Assembly (NCBI RefSeq): GCF_964204645.1
Contig: NC_134034.1
Span: forward strand, 6,422,914-6,486,913
DNA: 64,000 nucleotides
Source: Tubulanus polymorphus
Lineage: Eukaryota > Animalia > Nemertea
Direction: 5' to 3'
In this document: piece after piece, positions 37,271 through 49,940 of the stretch
Layout of the letters: each line of letters starts with the position of its first letter
How positions within the stretch are numbered: position 1 is the first letter of the stretch
Translations under genes and position numbers: made by a program
The notes under the pieces: model-generated
The model's input: the letters and a program-made list of their open reading frames with translations, nothing else
Databases searched by the model: none
Told to the model about the DNA's origin: nothing

Positions 37271-37475
37271 TTATATTAGAGAAAAAAAGCAAAAAAATAT
37301 TATAAGTATTCTTCAAATGATACTAGCTAGTTAAAGCTAAATAATTTCTATTCGGATCTATTCAAAATATAAAGTATTCTCTTTTTGAAAAGAAAATATT
37401 AAAAATATAATAGAATTCACTGGTTAGTTGAAGTTATGTAATGGTTAATATTTTTTATTTGAGATATATTAATCT

Positions 37476-38144
37476 TTAACCACTCATTAAAGACTCAACG
37501 TATGGTTCATTATTTGGATCATTGTTCCATTGTTCAATAAATTTCTTTGCCTTTGTTAACTGTTCTAAATATAACTGTAAATCTAGTTTATTAGATTTAA
37601 TTATGTTTTCCTTCTTTTCTAAAGGTCTTAAATTCTTCCAATTCCAAATAAGTTTTTTATTGTATTCATCATTCATGTTAAATTTAGAAATCGGTAACGT
37701 ATGATCAATATGAAAGTATTCACCATAATTATCTATATTCATTTTATCGTCGAATTGATATACAATCCATGATTTAAGAAATTTATCTGAACAACCCAAT
37801 AAATTAGAAAGTGTTTCTGAATGCGTTTCTTTGTTGAATAATTGTGTTAATCTAGATCTTAAGCATTGTTTCAATCTAAAATTAAGATCTGTTTGATATC
37901 TTTCTCTCATATATTCTGCCATATAATAATTATAATGTTCTATATTATCTTCTCGATATTGTTTGGTATATAGTTTAAAACAAGTTTTACAACAATATTG
38001 AAAACCATCTTTGCTAATCTTACGCTTACTAAATTCTGTTAAAGCTAATTTATCTCATTCACATTTAGAACACTTCTTGTAATATATATTTATAACACCA
38101 GTGTTATTTGTAAAATTGATAGTTTGTGGTTGTTCTGGTTCCAT
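37476..38144 (-). pseudogene. HNH-type endonuclease with N-terminal Cys cluster; nonsense codon near 38056
   Basis: CSKC...CCKTC and HIDHTLPIS...NLRPL...EN..KSNK motifs. Confidence 0.8.
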
Positions 38145-38283
38145 TTATTATACGTATTTTTTTTACTAAATTGGTTAATATTTTAGAATCCTCTTCCATT
38201 TCTTCGACCAACGTCATCTTTTTTCATTCCTCGTTGCTTTTGATAAGTTGTTTCGATTCCTTGATATCTAAATCATACCACTG

Positions 38284-38378
38284 GGCAAAACCGCTCTTAT
38301 AGGAGCGCTTTTGCTTAATGCGCATGCGTTAATCATAATTATATATTCATTCTATAAATTCTGTAAAATAGAAACGAC
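38284..38378. repeat. Polinton A subterminal ~117-bp repeat, unit 1 (remaining units at 57036-57250); insertion site of B
   Basis: GGCAAAACCGCTCTTATAGGAGCG hairpin plus GCGCATGCG box, repeated three times across the B insertion. Confidence 0.85.
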
Positions 38379-38843
38379 AGTAATAGGGATAATGGGCTTT
38401 CATACCAAAGGTCTAAAGGTCGAGCTCATAAAAAATGAAAAATATGAAAATAATAACAATTTCTATTTGAATTAGTAGCGAAACTCATATAAAATGAAAA
38501 ATAATTCTCGCACACTCGAATTTATTTTTCATTTTATATGAGTTTCACTCCTAATTCAAATAGAAATTATTATTATTTTCATATTTTTCATTTTTTACTC
38601 ACTAGCCCTTTCAACCTTTGATATGAAAGCCCATTATCCCTATTACTCTTAAAATATTTATATACATGAATAAAATATATATGAATAACATTTAAATTGA
38701 CAGATTATTCAATATAAAAGTGTAAGCTCTTATAGAATAGATATAAAAGTATATATTTACAACATTATTTCAATATTCATATTTGTATGAGTTAGATGTT
38801 TAAACATTAAAAGTGTTAGTAAAGTGTGATTGAAATAATGCAT
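38379..38843. repeat. Polinton B TIR with 269-bp terminal hairpin (38379-38647)
   Basis: Self-complementary arms around loop TCGCACACTC. Confidence 0.92.
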
Positions 38844-39589
38844 AGCTGTTTATACTAGAACATGATTCTATTTGAGCCTATATACATTTCATGTAATGAA
38901 CTATTGAATAAATCTATAAATTCACAGCTGTTACAGCTGTTACTATGACGCCGAGACATATGAGTCATAATATTACAAACGTGTAGAACACTCTAGAACC
39001 AGAACCAGATGACGTGGCAAGAAATGAACAGGCGCTGTAACATTACGCTCAGGATATTCTATCTCTCGAAACGAAATAAGGAGTTTATAGTTTACAATTC
39101 TAAATCTAAATGTAAGTACTGTTTTTTGTAGTTATTAGGGCTATTAAATATGAAACCTTTAGATATATTTAAGTGTATTTAGTATATCTTTTAGATGGCT
39201 AGATTTGCCGCTAATATCTTTTAGATTAATAAAACGCCATACGCATTAAGAACTCTTTCATACTCTTTAATACAAGATACTCTTTCTCTTTCTGACTGAG
39301 GAATCAACAGCAATGGATATCGAACCAATAGAAATTAGCACAAGAAACACAAGAATCGCCAAAAGATGGACGAAGAAACTATATAAGAATTTCAAAAACA
39401 TTAAGACTCCAATGATTAAGTTTAACATTGGTTGATGTAGTTAAATATTTACCAGCAATTGAAAAAATGTTTGTAATTATAAATTGTATTTATAGAAATC
39501 GAATGATGTATCGGAAGAAACGACTGAACAACTTGTATAATGTATTGTGTAAATCTGTTTGGTGAATTTTTATGTTCAGTCGTTTCTAT

Positions 39590-39992
39590 TATGATTAGCG
39601 CATGCGCATTGATCCAAACCGGGCTTGAATGCCCGGTCTTGCCTAATGCACATGTGTTTTGATATTTCATGTCGGTTGTTTCGATTTACATAATGAATAT
39701 ATAATTATGATTAGCGCATGCGCATTGATCCAAACCGGGCCTGAATGCCCGGTCTTGCCTAATGCGAACACGTTTTGATATCTTATGTGTTCAGTTGTTT
39801 CTATTTACAGAAAGAATATATAATTATGATTAAAACATGTGCATTAAACAAAACCGGACATCAGTGGCCGCATGTGACGCATGTAACGCATGTGTTGTTT
39901 CTATTTTACAGAATTTATAGAATGAATATATAATTATGATTAACGCATGCGCATTGATCCAAACCGGGCCTCACTGCCCGGTCTTGCCTAGT
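39590..39992. repeat. Polinton B subterminal ~117-bp repeat array (4 units)
   Basis: GCGCATGCGCATTGATCCAAACCGGGC....GCCCGGTCTTGCCTA units; unit 3 is degenerate. Confidence 0.85.
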
Positions 39993-40125
39993 GGTATGAT
40001 TTAGATATCAAGGAATCGAAACGACTTATCAAAGGAACTTATCCCCGAGGAATGAAAAAGGATGACGTTGGTCGAAGAAGGATTATAAAATATTAACCAA
40101 TTTAGTAAAAAAATATGTATAATAA

Positions 40126-40795
40126 ATGGAATCAGAACAACCACAAAGTATTAATATAACAAATAACACTGGTGTTATAAACATATACTACAAGAAGTGT
40201 TCTAAGTGTGAATTAGATAAATTAGCTTTAACAGAATTTAGTAAGCGTAAGATTAGCAAAGATGGTTTTCAATATTGCTGTAAAACTTGTTTTAAACTAT
40301 ATACCAAACAATACAGAGAAGATAATAGAGAAGCTTATAATGATTATATGACAGAATATATGAGAGAAAGATATCAAACAGATCTTAATTTTAGATTGAA
40401 ACAATGCTTAAGATCTAGATTAACACAATTATTCAACAAAGAAACACATTCAAAAAACACTATCTAATTTATTGGGTTGTTCAGATGAATTTTTCATTTC
40501 ATGGATAATATATCAATTCGATGATAAAATGAATATAGATAATTATGGTGAATACTTTCATATTGATCACGTGTTGCCGATTTCTAAATTTGACATGAAT
40601 GATGAATACAATAAAAAACTTATTTGGAATTGGAAGAATTTAAGACCTTTAGAAAAGAAGGAAAACATAATTAAATCTAATAAACTAGATTTACAGTTAT
40701 ATTTAGAACAGTTAACAAAGGCAAAGAAATTTATTGATCAATGGAACAATGATCCAAATAATGAACAATACGTTGAGTCTTTAATGAGTGGTTAA
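40126..40795 (+). pseudogene. HNH-type endonuclease (B), 1-nt frameshift ~40455
   Basis: ORFs 40126-40467 and 40472-40795. Confidence 0.8.
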
Positions 40796-41043
40796 AGAAT
40801 AATAGATTTTAAATAGAAAATATTAAAAAAACAATAACTTCAACTAGCTAGTGAATTCTATTATATTTTTAATATTTTCTTTTCAAAAAAAAAAACTTTA
40901 TATCACAAATAAAAAATACTAAAAAAACAATAACTAATACTAAAATTCTTTACCTTTAACTAACTAGTATTAACCCAAAGAGATACTAGTATCATTTGAA
41001 GAATACTTATAATATTTTTTTTTGCTTTTTTTCTCTAATATAA

Positions 41044-41646
41044 ATTTCAAAGAAATCTAATAAGAATAGTATTGATATTGAAAAGACATTAGATGATTTG
41101 GGTATAAGTGATAATAAAGATACAGTTGTAACTAATTGTGCTCAAGTTAATTGTAATATAGATTATGAATACTATTTATATTGTAAGCATCATCTAGAAC
41201 TATTGATTGCCGATGGAAAAACTAAGGATTTCTTGGGAAAAATAATAACTTTTCAAGAATTAGATGCTATGAAACCAGATAAAGTAATAAAATATTTTAA
41301 GATTTATGAAGAAGCTAGATTAGCTAGAATAAATGATTCTATTTCAGATGGTATTATAAAATGTTATTCAAAATTATGTAACCAGTTAATACCAATTAAT
41401 GATGAAAATAAATTATATAGTGATTTGAAAAATGACTATTTAGTTATGACTGAATTACAAAAATGGGTCGGATATGCTTCATTCCAATTAGGATCGGTTA
41501 TGACATTAATTTCTACTGGTGTCATAACATTTTCGAACATCAAGGCTATGGAATATAAATCAGGTAAGAACGAAACAGATGTACTACAACCAAACGTCGA
41601 AACAGAAAATGAATCAGAACAAAAATTAACTAAAATAAATGAGTGA
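41044..41646 (+). pseudogene. 202-aa protein homologue (start codon ATG>ATT)
   Basis: Colinear with 36662-37270. Confidence 0.7.
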
Positions 41647-42008
41647 TGGCGTTAAGAAAAAGGCTAGATCTGAAAAACAAATTAAATGGGCAAGAGAATT
41701 AGGTAAAAGATCTGCAGAATTAAAAAAAAGCTAAGAAAAAGAAATTAACTGATATAAATGAATCACAGACTTTATCTGATATTGATTCAAATAATAATCC
41801 ATCTAATTCTTCTAATGCTGGAAGTAATTATAAATTATATATTACAATTGGATTAGTAACAGTTATTATATTATCCGGTGTAATATATAAATCAAAATTC
41901 AAATCTGATGATAAATATGATTCCAATGACAATAAACCTATTATAACAGAAAATAAGCCAAATCATAAAGTCATTGAAACTAAATCTAAATTATTATTAA
42001 TGGATTAA
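41639..42008 (+). pseudogene. 122-aa TM protein homologue (frameshift in A-run)
   Basis: Colinear with 36301-36669. Confidence 0.7.
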
Positions 42009-42014
42009 AATAAG

Positions 42015-43143
42015 ATGAAAAAAGAACAATATTTAAGAGATTTATATTATAACCCAGAAAGTGAAGTATCATATTCTAACGTTTCAGAATTATGGAATAA
42101 AATTAAATCTGATAATGAAAATGGCGCCATACGGCACCCACATGGTGATATAAAATATATTGAATTAAAATCATGGTTACAAAATCAACCAACATATCAA
42201 ATTCACAAGAAAATGGATAAAACTTATTTAACAAGAAAAGTTATGGTTTCATATATCGATCAACAATGGCAAGCAGATTTAATTGACATGAAGAACTTAG
42301 AAGAACACAACAAATGATATTTCTGGATACTGAATGTTATAGATATATTCAGTAGATACGCATGGTCAATTCCAATCAAAAATAAAACTGGAAAAGAAGT
42401 AACGAATGCTTTTAAATCTATATTTAAAGAAGCTATTCCAGATAAGATACAATTTGATGAAGGCAAGGAATTCTATAACAAACATTTTAAAAAACTATTA
42501 TCTGATAACGATGTAGATTATTTTTCAACACATTCAGATAAAAAAGCATCTATTATAGAAAGATTTAATAAAACATTGAAAACTAGAATGTGGAAATATT
42601 TTACTGCTAATGAAACATATAAATATATCGATGTGTTATATGATTTAGTGAAAGGTTATAATAATTCTAAACATAGTTCTATAAATATGAAACCTATACA
42701 AGCTAGAAAAGAAGATAATTCAGAAATAGTTTGGAATGATTTATATGGTGCATTTGTTACACATGATTTCGGAGAACCTAAATTTAAAATTGGACAACAC
42801 GTTAGAATATCTAAATATAGAAAAACATTTTATAAAGGTTATACTCCAAATTTTACTGAAGAAATATTAAAGATTAAAGATTATCAAGATTAAAAAGATA
42901 ATATTAACTAAACCATTTGTTTATAAAGTAGAAGATCTAAAAGATGAAGAAATATTAGGTTATTTCTATGAACAAGAATTATCACTTGTACCAAATCCAG
43001 ATGAAATAGAATACAAAATAGAAAAAGTATTGAAAACAAAAACTCTTGAAGGAAAAAAGTATTCTTTGGTGAAATATAAAGGATATGATGATAAATTTAA
43101 TGAATGGATTTTATCTAGTAAAATTAAAAGAATAAATGAATAA
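42015..43143 (+). pseudogene. Polinton B rve integrase with chromodomain; TGA at 42315 and frameshift ~42885
   Basis: DDE motifs; uninterrupted counterpart of the Gypsy target site (GAAACATAT at ~42612). Confidence 0.9.
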
Positions 43144-43747
43144 AGATTTATTTATATTTGAACCGCATAATATGTTAGTTACTGGTGTAACCAATTGTGG
43201 TAAAACACATTTCATATTAGATTTGTTAGAAACTATTTATAAGAATCATTTTGATAATATAATATTATTTTGTCCTACTTATGAAATGAATAAAACATAT
43301 AATAGAGACATAGTTAAGATAAAAAAATTTATCATATTAAATCCTAAAACAGTAAAAGAAAATTTAGATAATTGTATTAAAATAGCAATTGATACTTATA
43401 AAGGATCAAATACATTATTCATTATAGATGATTGCGCAAATTTACATGATTCAAAAGTTAGAGAAAGTGAGTTATGTTATCTAGCTGTCTCTGGGAGACA
43501 TTTTGGGATAACAACATGGGTTTTAAATCAAAAATATAATTCAATTGTTAAAGACTTTAGGGAGAATATAAGATTTCTAGTTTTATTCTACAATAAAGAT
43601 AGAAAATCTATGCAACAATCATTGGAAGAAAATCAAATTATACCTACTGAATTACATGATGAATATATGAATAAATTAAAGAATAATAAAGGTTCAAAAT
43701 TATTACTGAGACTACAATTTCCCTATGAATATAAATTTATAAAATAA
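43136..43747 (+). CDS. A32/FtsK-like packaging ATPase (intact, 203 aa)
   Basis: GVTNCGKT, FIIDD and SGRH motifs. Confidence 0.92.
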   Translation: MNKDLFIFEPHNMLVTGVTNCGKTHFILDLLETIYKNHFDNIILFCPTYEMNKTYNRDIVKIKKFIILNPKTVKENLDNCIKIAIDTYKGSNTLFIIDDCANLHDSKVRESELCYLAVSGRHFGITTWVLNQKYNSIVKDFRENIRFLVLFYNKDRKSMQQSLEENQIIPTELHDEYMNKLKNNKGSKLLLRLQFPYEYKFIK

Positions 43748-43796
43748 CTATTTATATATCTATGTATTAGATACCCTAATACCCTAATACCTGATA

Positions 43797-44390
43797 CCCC
43801 CTTATGTCTTTATTATCTTTAGTACTTTTAGTACTTTTAGTACATAAAGAATAAATCTTCATATTATTAATACTTTAAAAATAAAATAGAACTACCAAAC
43901 TACTAAAGATAATAAAGACATAACCAAACACACATAGATTTATCATTACTGAATCAAATATATATAATAAATCTGGGAGATAAATAAATCAATGATATTT
44001 ATTACATCTATATGTGTTTGTTATGTCTTTATTATCTTTAGTACTTTTAGTACATGAAGAATAAATCTTTATTTTATTAGTACTTAGAAAAATAAATATA
44101 TAAATAATTTTTATATATGATAAATCTATGATATTTATCATTATTAAAACAGTAATATATAATAAATATGCGCCATAAATAGATTTAATTATTGAAACAG
44201 TAATATATAAACTCCATCAGATGAATAAATATAATTATTGAAACAGTAATATATATATATTTATGTCTTTATTGTCTTTAGTAGTTTAGTAGCTTTAAAA
44301 ATAATTTTATTCACTACTAATAAAATAAAGATTTATTCTTTATGTACTAAAAGTACTAAGCCTACTAAAGACAATAAAGACACAAGGGGG
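43797..44390. repeat. 594-bp AT-rich inverted-repeat segment (MITE-like, TA-flanked) between convergent genes of B
   Basis: CCCCCTTATGTCTTTATTATCTTTAGTAC... mirrors ...CTACTAAAGACAATAAAGACACAAGGGGG; internal copies of the same motif; absent from A. Confidence 0.6.
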
Positions 44391-44410
44391 TATTATATTC
44401 ATATTTTGAA

Positions 44411-45568
44411 TTACTTTTCCGATTCTAATTCTGAAAACAATTTGAGCCATGCATCTTTTAATTCTTGTGATTTTCTTTCGCCTAGTAGTTTAATATGATA
44501 ACTAATATTATTCAAACCCTTAGCAAACAATTCATAAGTTAAATAAATATACTGGTTTAATTTGTCTTCACTTATATTTTTATATTTATTTTTTGCATCA
44601 TTTCTTATTTTATTTATAACACCCTGTAAAAAATCTTCATAACTGTAGTATTGAATTATATCATCAAAGTTATCACTTATATTATCATTAGCAGCAACTT
44701 TTTTCAATTCTGTTAAAAAATCTATATTTTTAAATTTTATGAAATAATGTATACCCCAATAATTATATAGATCAATTTTTATACGCGTCCGACCAGTTAC
44801 AATATCTGATAATACTTGTTTTGGATTATTTCTTACATAATCGATAAAAATTGATCTATATAATTTCCTATGATAATTATTTTCGATATAAAAAAATACA
44901 GTTGTTACTCTATAAAGGTTATTTGAATCAGCAGCTTTTATTGTATGTTCAAAAGAATTATCATGTTTAATTCTATCTTTAGGTAATACAACAACATTAC
45001 ACTTTTCACATATATTTCTTTCTATATTATCCAAATGTATTTGTGTTAATTTATGCTTTGAAAAATTACTACGACTTATATATTTATCACATTCTTCACA
45101 ATATTTATCTTCTTTAACATTATCATTATCAATTTCACTATCATTATTCAATTCATTTATAGTCTTATTCTTATTTTTCTTATGCTTGAGTGAATTAAGA
45201 TGAGTTGCCCAATTCTTATAACTTTTATACTGTTTACATACGTCACAATATTTTTCATTTGTCTTTTTTGATTCAATATCATATGTAGAGGGTATATTAT
45301 AAGATGTAGATGCTGTTACATCTTCTATTTTAGTTTCCATATTATTACTATCTTCTATTTTAGTTTCAATATTATCTTCTATTTTATATTCAATATCATT
45401 CTTATCTTCTATTTTAGTTTCAATATTATCTTTTATTTTACTTATTCTATATTTGAATTGATTAAAGTAATCTCCAAAATACTTAATGTATTCATCATAA
45501 GGTAATATATAATAAATATCTGATATCATTTCACTTGGAGTTTGTATTTCATATATTCCACCTTCCAT
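44411..45568 (-). CDS. Variable accessory ORF (385 aa) with three C2H2/matrin-like zinc fingers and ETKIED repeats
   Basis: CDVC..H.....H, CEEC..H.....H and CEKC..H.....H; same locus and MEGG start as A 21409 but otherwise largely unalignable. Confidence 0.8.
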   Translation of the reverse strand: MEGGIYEIQTPSEMISDIYYILPYDEYIKYFGDYFNQFKYRISKIKDNIETKIEDKNDIEYKIEDNIETKIEDSNNMETKIEDVTASTSYNIPSTYDIESKKTNEKYCDVCKQYKSYKNWATHLNSLKHKKNKNKTINELNNDSEIDNDNVKEDKYCEECDKYISRSNFSKHKLTQIHLDNIERNICEKCNVVVLPKDRIKHDNSFEHTIKAADSNNLYRVTTVFFYIENNYHRKLYRSIFIDYVRNNPKQVLSDIVTGRTRIKIDLYNYWGIHYFIKFKNIDFLTELKKVAANDNISDNFDDIIQYYSYEDFLQGVINKIRNDAKNKYKNISEDKLNQYIYLTYELFAKGLNNISYHIKLLGERKSQELKDAWLKLFSELESEK

Positions 45569-45600
45569 TTATTATATAAATTTTCATTAAAGTTAAAATT

Positions 45601-46843
45601 TTAATACATAACACTATCTAATTGTGAATTTACAATATTTAATTGCGCGTCAGATATAATATAAATGTGCATTTTAAAATTAAGGCTTTCTTTTTTCTTT
45701 GTCATGAATAATTGTATTCCATCTTTAGTGTTTTGTAATTTTTTTCCAGAACCATGTAATGAATTATCCTCTGTTGTTCTAAAATCTAACCATAATGCAT
45801 ATTTATTACCGGTATAATAATCAAGTTGATTAAAATTACAATTTTCAGATGATTTCACTTTTTCATTCATAAAATGTTTTCTAATTTCTGGCCATTGATC
45901 TATTATTCTCATTCCTTGACAAAATATTTTATTTGCTATTCCTTCGATAGTTATTTCTACTTTTGTTATTTCAGGATTATAATACTTATCAACCTGTATT
46001 GCACCATTAGAATATGTTGCAATGGTAAAAAATATTAATATACCTTTAATAGATCTTCTTGGGAAGTTAATATTCTCATTAATAATTTCATCATTTGCAT
46101 TAATAGTTACGGTTTTAAATTTATCAATATAATCAAATAATAATGAAAATCCTTGATTGTATTTAGTTTGAATTACTTGAAATATTTTCATCAGTTACTG
46201 TATCATATTCTAAACATATATTCGATAATTTATAACTCATATCTTTAACAACGCTAGATATTACAATTTCATTTACAGGAGCAAATGTTATTTCGAATAT
46301 AACATCTTCTTGAATTGCGTATTTATATAAAGGTGCATTATTATTTATCAATTCAAAGTCTAATGGAATTTTATATTTGCTTCCATAAATCTTTTTTATC
46401 AAATTATCTACAGCATTAGTTACTACTGCATTATTGGCTTCAGATCTTAATTTATTTTGGTTTTCTGATTGGATGCCTTGAAATATCATATTATTTCTAT
46501 TTTCCTTAGTTAACCATAAATCTTTATAATGCATAAATAAATTATAATCATCTAATGAGAAAACTGTTTTTGGAATCTTTATAGTTAATCTTTTAATCAA
46601 ATATCTTCCAACATTATCAACAACATAATTATTATTATTACCGATTGCTTTTATATCGGCAGATAAATAAATACTATTTGGAACATAAAAAGTATTTTGT
46701 GTTAATCGAGGGATTCTAACATATAAAGTTTCATCGGGATTAATATTTGAAGGATTATGAGTAATTATATGATGTGATCTTTCTGCTTTAATAGCATTAG
46801 ATATTCTATGATTCTTAGAAGGATTGATATAACTCCCACTCAT
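45601..46843 (-). pseudogene. Major capsid protein (B), frameshift ~46175
   Basis: ORFs 46163-46843 and 45601-46191; near-identical to A MCP. Confidence 0.8.
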
Positions 46844-46869
46844 TTATTTAACTTAAAAAAATTAATTAT

Positions 46870-48583
46870 TTATTTTTGATCATGGTTACTTGATATTTTT
46901 GATATCATATTTACTAACCCAAAAATAATAGCACTTACAACTGTAATTAAAAATAAAATAATATGTTCAGCAGCAAAGATAATAATATTCCCAGCAGATT
47001 TCAATATAAAACCAACAATTGATGCAATAATTCCTGGCAATGCTGCAGCAGATTTTTTAGATAGTTCCCATAAATATTTTGCTAATTTCTTTAAACCATC
47101 CTTAACTTTATCTTGTATAGAATCATTATTATCTGGGGGTTTAACTGGTTTATTGGGAGTAGGAATAGATTTTAAAGCATTTGATATTGCTAAACCAATT
47201 GTTGTAAATACCATAGTTACAGCTGTTAGAATTGAAAGAATTGTTATTCCTTCTAATTTAAATAATAATCTTATTCTATCTTTCAATGATATTTTAGAAT
47301 TTGGTTTTATCAACAAATCTTTAAAAATAACTTTTAATTTTTTAATATGATTAAGATCATATGATTTTAATAATGTATCTCTTTCTTCTTTTTGTAATTC
47401 TATATTATATTTTAAATCATCAATTTTTTTTTACTAAAGCTAACTTTCTGCTTTCATAATCAACTTCCTCTATTACTTGAAGATTTTTATTTAATTCTAA
47501 TTGTTTTAATTCTTCATTTGCATTAGCTAATTCTTTTTCTAACATGGTTATTTTAGAAAATCTCATCTTAATATTAGCAATTTCACCAGCTGATATTTGT
47601 ACACCTTTAATTTCTCTACGTGCTTTTTCAGGAAATAGTTTTAATTCTTCATCAGTTAAATCAAGTAATCCTTTTTCTAGTAAAGATTGTATTTGATTTA
47701 TTCCAGTTTCAGAACCGGGTGTATCTAAAATACTATTCGTCTCTTCTTCTGAATCTCTTAAACTATCAATTCGTTTTTCTAATGTTAATTGTAATTGACT
47801 TGAATCATTAACAATTGGTTGAGTGTCTCTTCTCGATGTTTCTGGTGTTGAAGTTCTTAATTTATCTAATCGATTTCCATACTCTTCCATTTCTGGATCA
47901 ACATCAGTAGGATTTGGATTTGGATTTTTAAATGGTGAATATTTGTTTATATCAATATTATGAATTGGTTCTTCTTTATTTATTCTATCGAGTGCATTCC
48001 ATATAATTCTGAGAAATTCTCTACCACCTTTTGAACCTTCAATTGAAGATCTTGCTAACATTTCAGGTTCAAAAATATTTTCTTGAATCATTTTAGATAA
48101 TTGAATTGTTACAATATTCCTATTTAAATCAAGATTATAATACCATGAATCATTTTTAAATTCTAAATTATTCATGAAAAATGGGTCATCTTTTAAAATT
48201 TGTTCTACAACACCTTCTGAATCAATTTCATCTATTACAACTTTTGGTAATAATTCGTTAACAATTGTATATGTTACTCTAGATTTCATTTTATATAATT
48301 CCATAGGTTTATCAGGATATTTTTCTTGTTGTTTTTCTAATAGTTCCATAAATTCTTTTCTTTCTGTTCTAGTTGAAATTCTACCAATTTCAGGAGCTTT
48401 TAAATATTTATATAATTTTTCACGTAATTCGGAATCATCATCATCATAATCATCATCTTCACCTAAATTAGTATTATATTCTGGCTCATTATCATCATTA
48501 AAACTTGTTTCACTAAAATCAGGTTGTTGTTCATCACTTATACCGGGTTCATCTATAGGATCCAATGGAATTTCTTCATCCAT
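46870..48583 (-). pseudogene. Acidic/coiled-coil protein with C-terminal hydrophobic helices (B), frameshift ~47425
   Basis: ORFs 47420-48583 and 46870-47316. Confidence 0.75.
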
Positions 48584-48598
48584 TTATATAATAAAAAA

Positions 48599-49924
48599 TT
48601 AAAATTTAAAATATAATATTCCTCCTATAACAATTCCTATACAAGTTAAAGCTAATTTAGTATTTTCATGGGATTTATTATCATCATTAGTTTTAATTAT
48701 ATCATGTTGAATAATATCAGTTTTAATATTTTCTTATGTATTGTAATCTTTTATTTTAGAATCATTATTTAATTTAATATTATTAGTTTTAGTTTCAGTT
48801 GATTGAATATGTTTTTTATTTTTTTCACCTTCCATTAATTTTGGAGCAGTGATAACCTTTTTATTTATATCATTTAACCCAAATGAATTATTTATTGTTG
48901 CAGTTTTGATCAGATTATTGTAACCAATTATGTATCCCATCTTTAATACTAAATCATTAGAAATAATTAATAGATTAGGGCCTATACAATAATTTAATCT
49001 AATATGTGATTTATCTAAATAATTTTGATATCTTACAATGTTTTCTGGAATCGATCTATTTTTATCATTATGAATTGAATCTTCAAATAATACTTTGAAT
49101 TGTTTCTGCGCATCGAATGAAGTGTTATCATTTCCAACTATTGGTGATCTTGTTTCAACTTGTGCACCTAAAATACATATCAAATAAGTTCTAATTGATT
49201 GATTTATTCTTTGTATACCAGCTTTAGTAAAACCTTCACTATTTTCTAAAATGAAATTAACCCAACCATTATTGTTTTGTTGTTGTATATTATTATAATA
49301 TTTTGGTAATTCATTCCAATTTAGTGTTCTTATATCTGAATTTGTCATTATTTTTCCAAATTCTTTAGTATATAATATTCCTAATCCACCCATTGTTCCA
49401 ATTTTTGCTCTAAAATCTTTATTTGAATTAATATTAAATTCATTACATATTTTATAAAACTTAGAAAAATTAATATTATTATTCAATTCTTTAAAATATT
49501 TTGAACCTGGTAAAGGACATTCTAATTCATCTAATATTAATTTTATTTGAAAATATGTATGAAATCTAAAAAGTGATAACATCAATGGTAAACTTGGTTT
49601 GTTTAAATGATCATTCCAACTAATTCCACATCCTGTTGTTGCGCAATAAACAGCAAAATTTAATTGGTTCTGCCAATACTTCATATTAAATTTTAATAAC
49701 CATTGTTTTGCCTCATTTAAATTTTTGAAATTAATTGTATACACATGAAATATATTTTCCATCTTTACATAAAAATTATTACTTTCAGTAACATAAATAT
49801 ATAAATCAATTAATGAATTTAAAACTTCATTTCTATATGTAATATCTTTATTTAAAACTATTGCTGGAATATTATATTTAATTGATTTATTATATTGGAA
49901 AGCTTTTGGAAAACTATCTGCCAT
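48599..49924 (-). pseudogene. 441-aa WQNQLNF protein (B), late nonsense codon at 48734
   Basis: Colinear with 17090-18415. Confidence 0.8.
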
Positions 49925-49940
49925 TTATATAATTAAAAAA

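Noticed and set aside
39313-39435. Small ORF MDIEPIEISTRNTR... in the Polinton subterminal region (also in A ~57400-57514)
   Set aside because: Only ~40 codons, lacks the ATAAATG start and has no motif; insufficient support.
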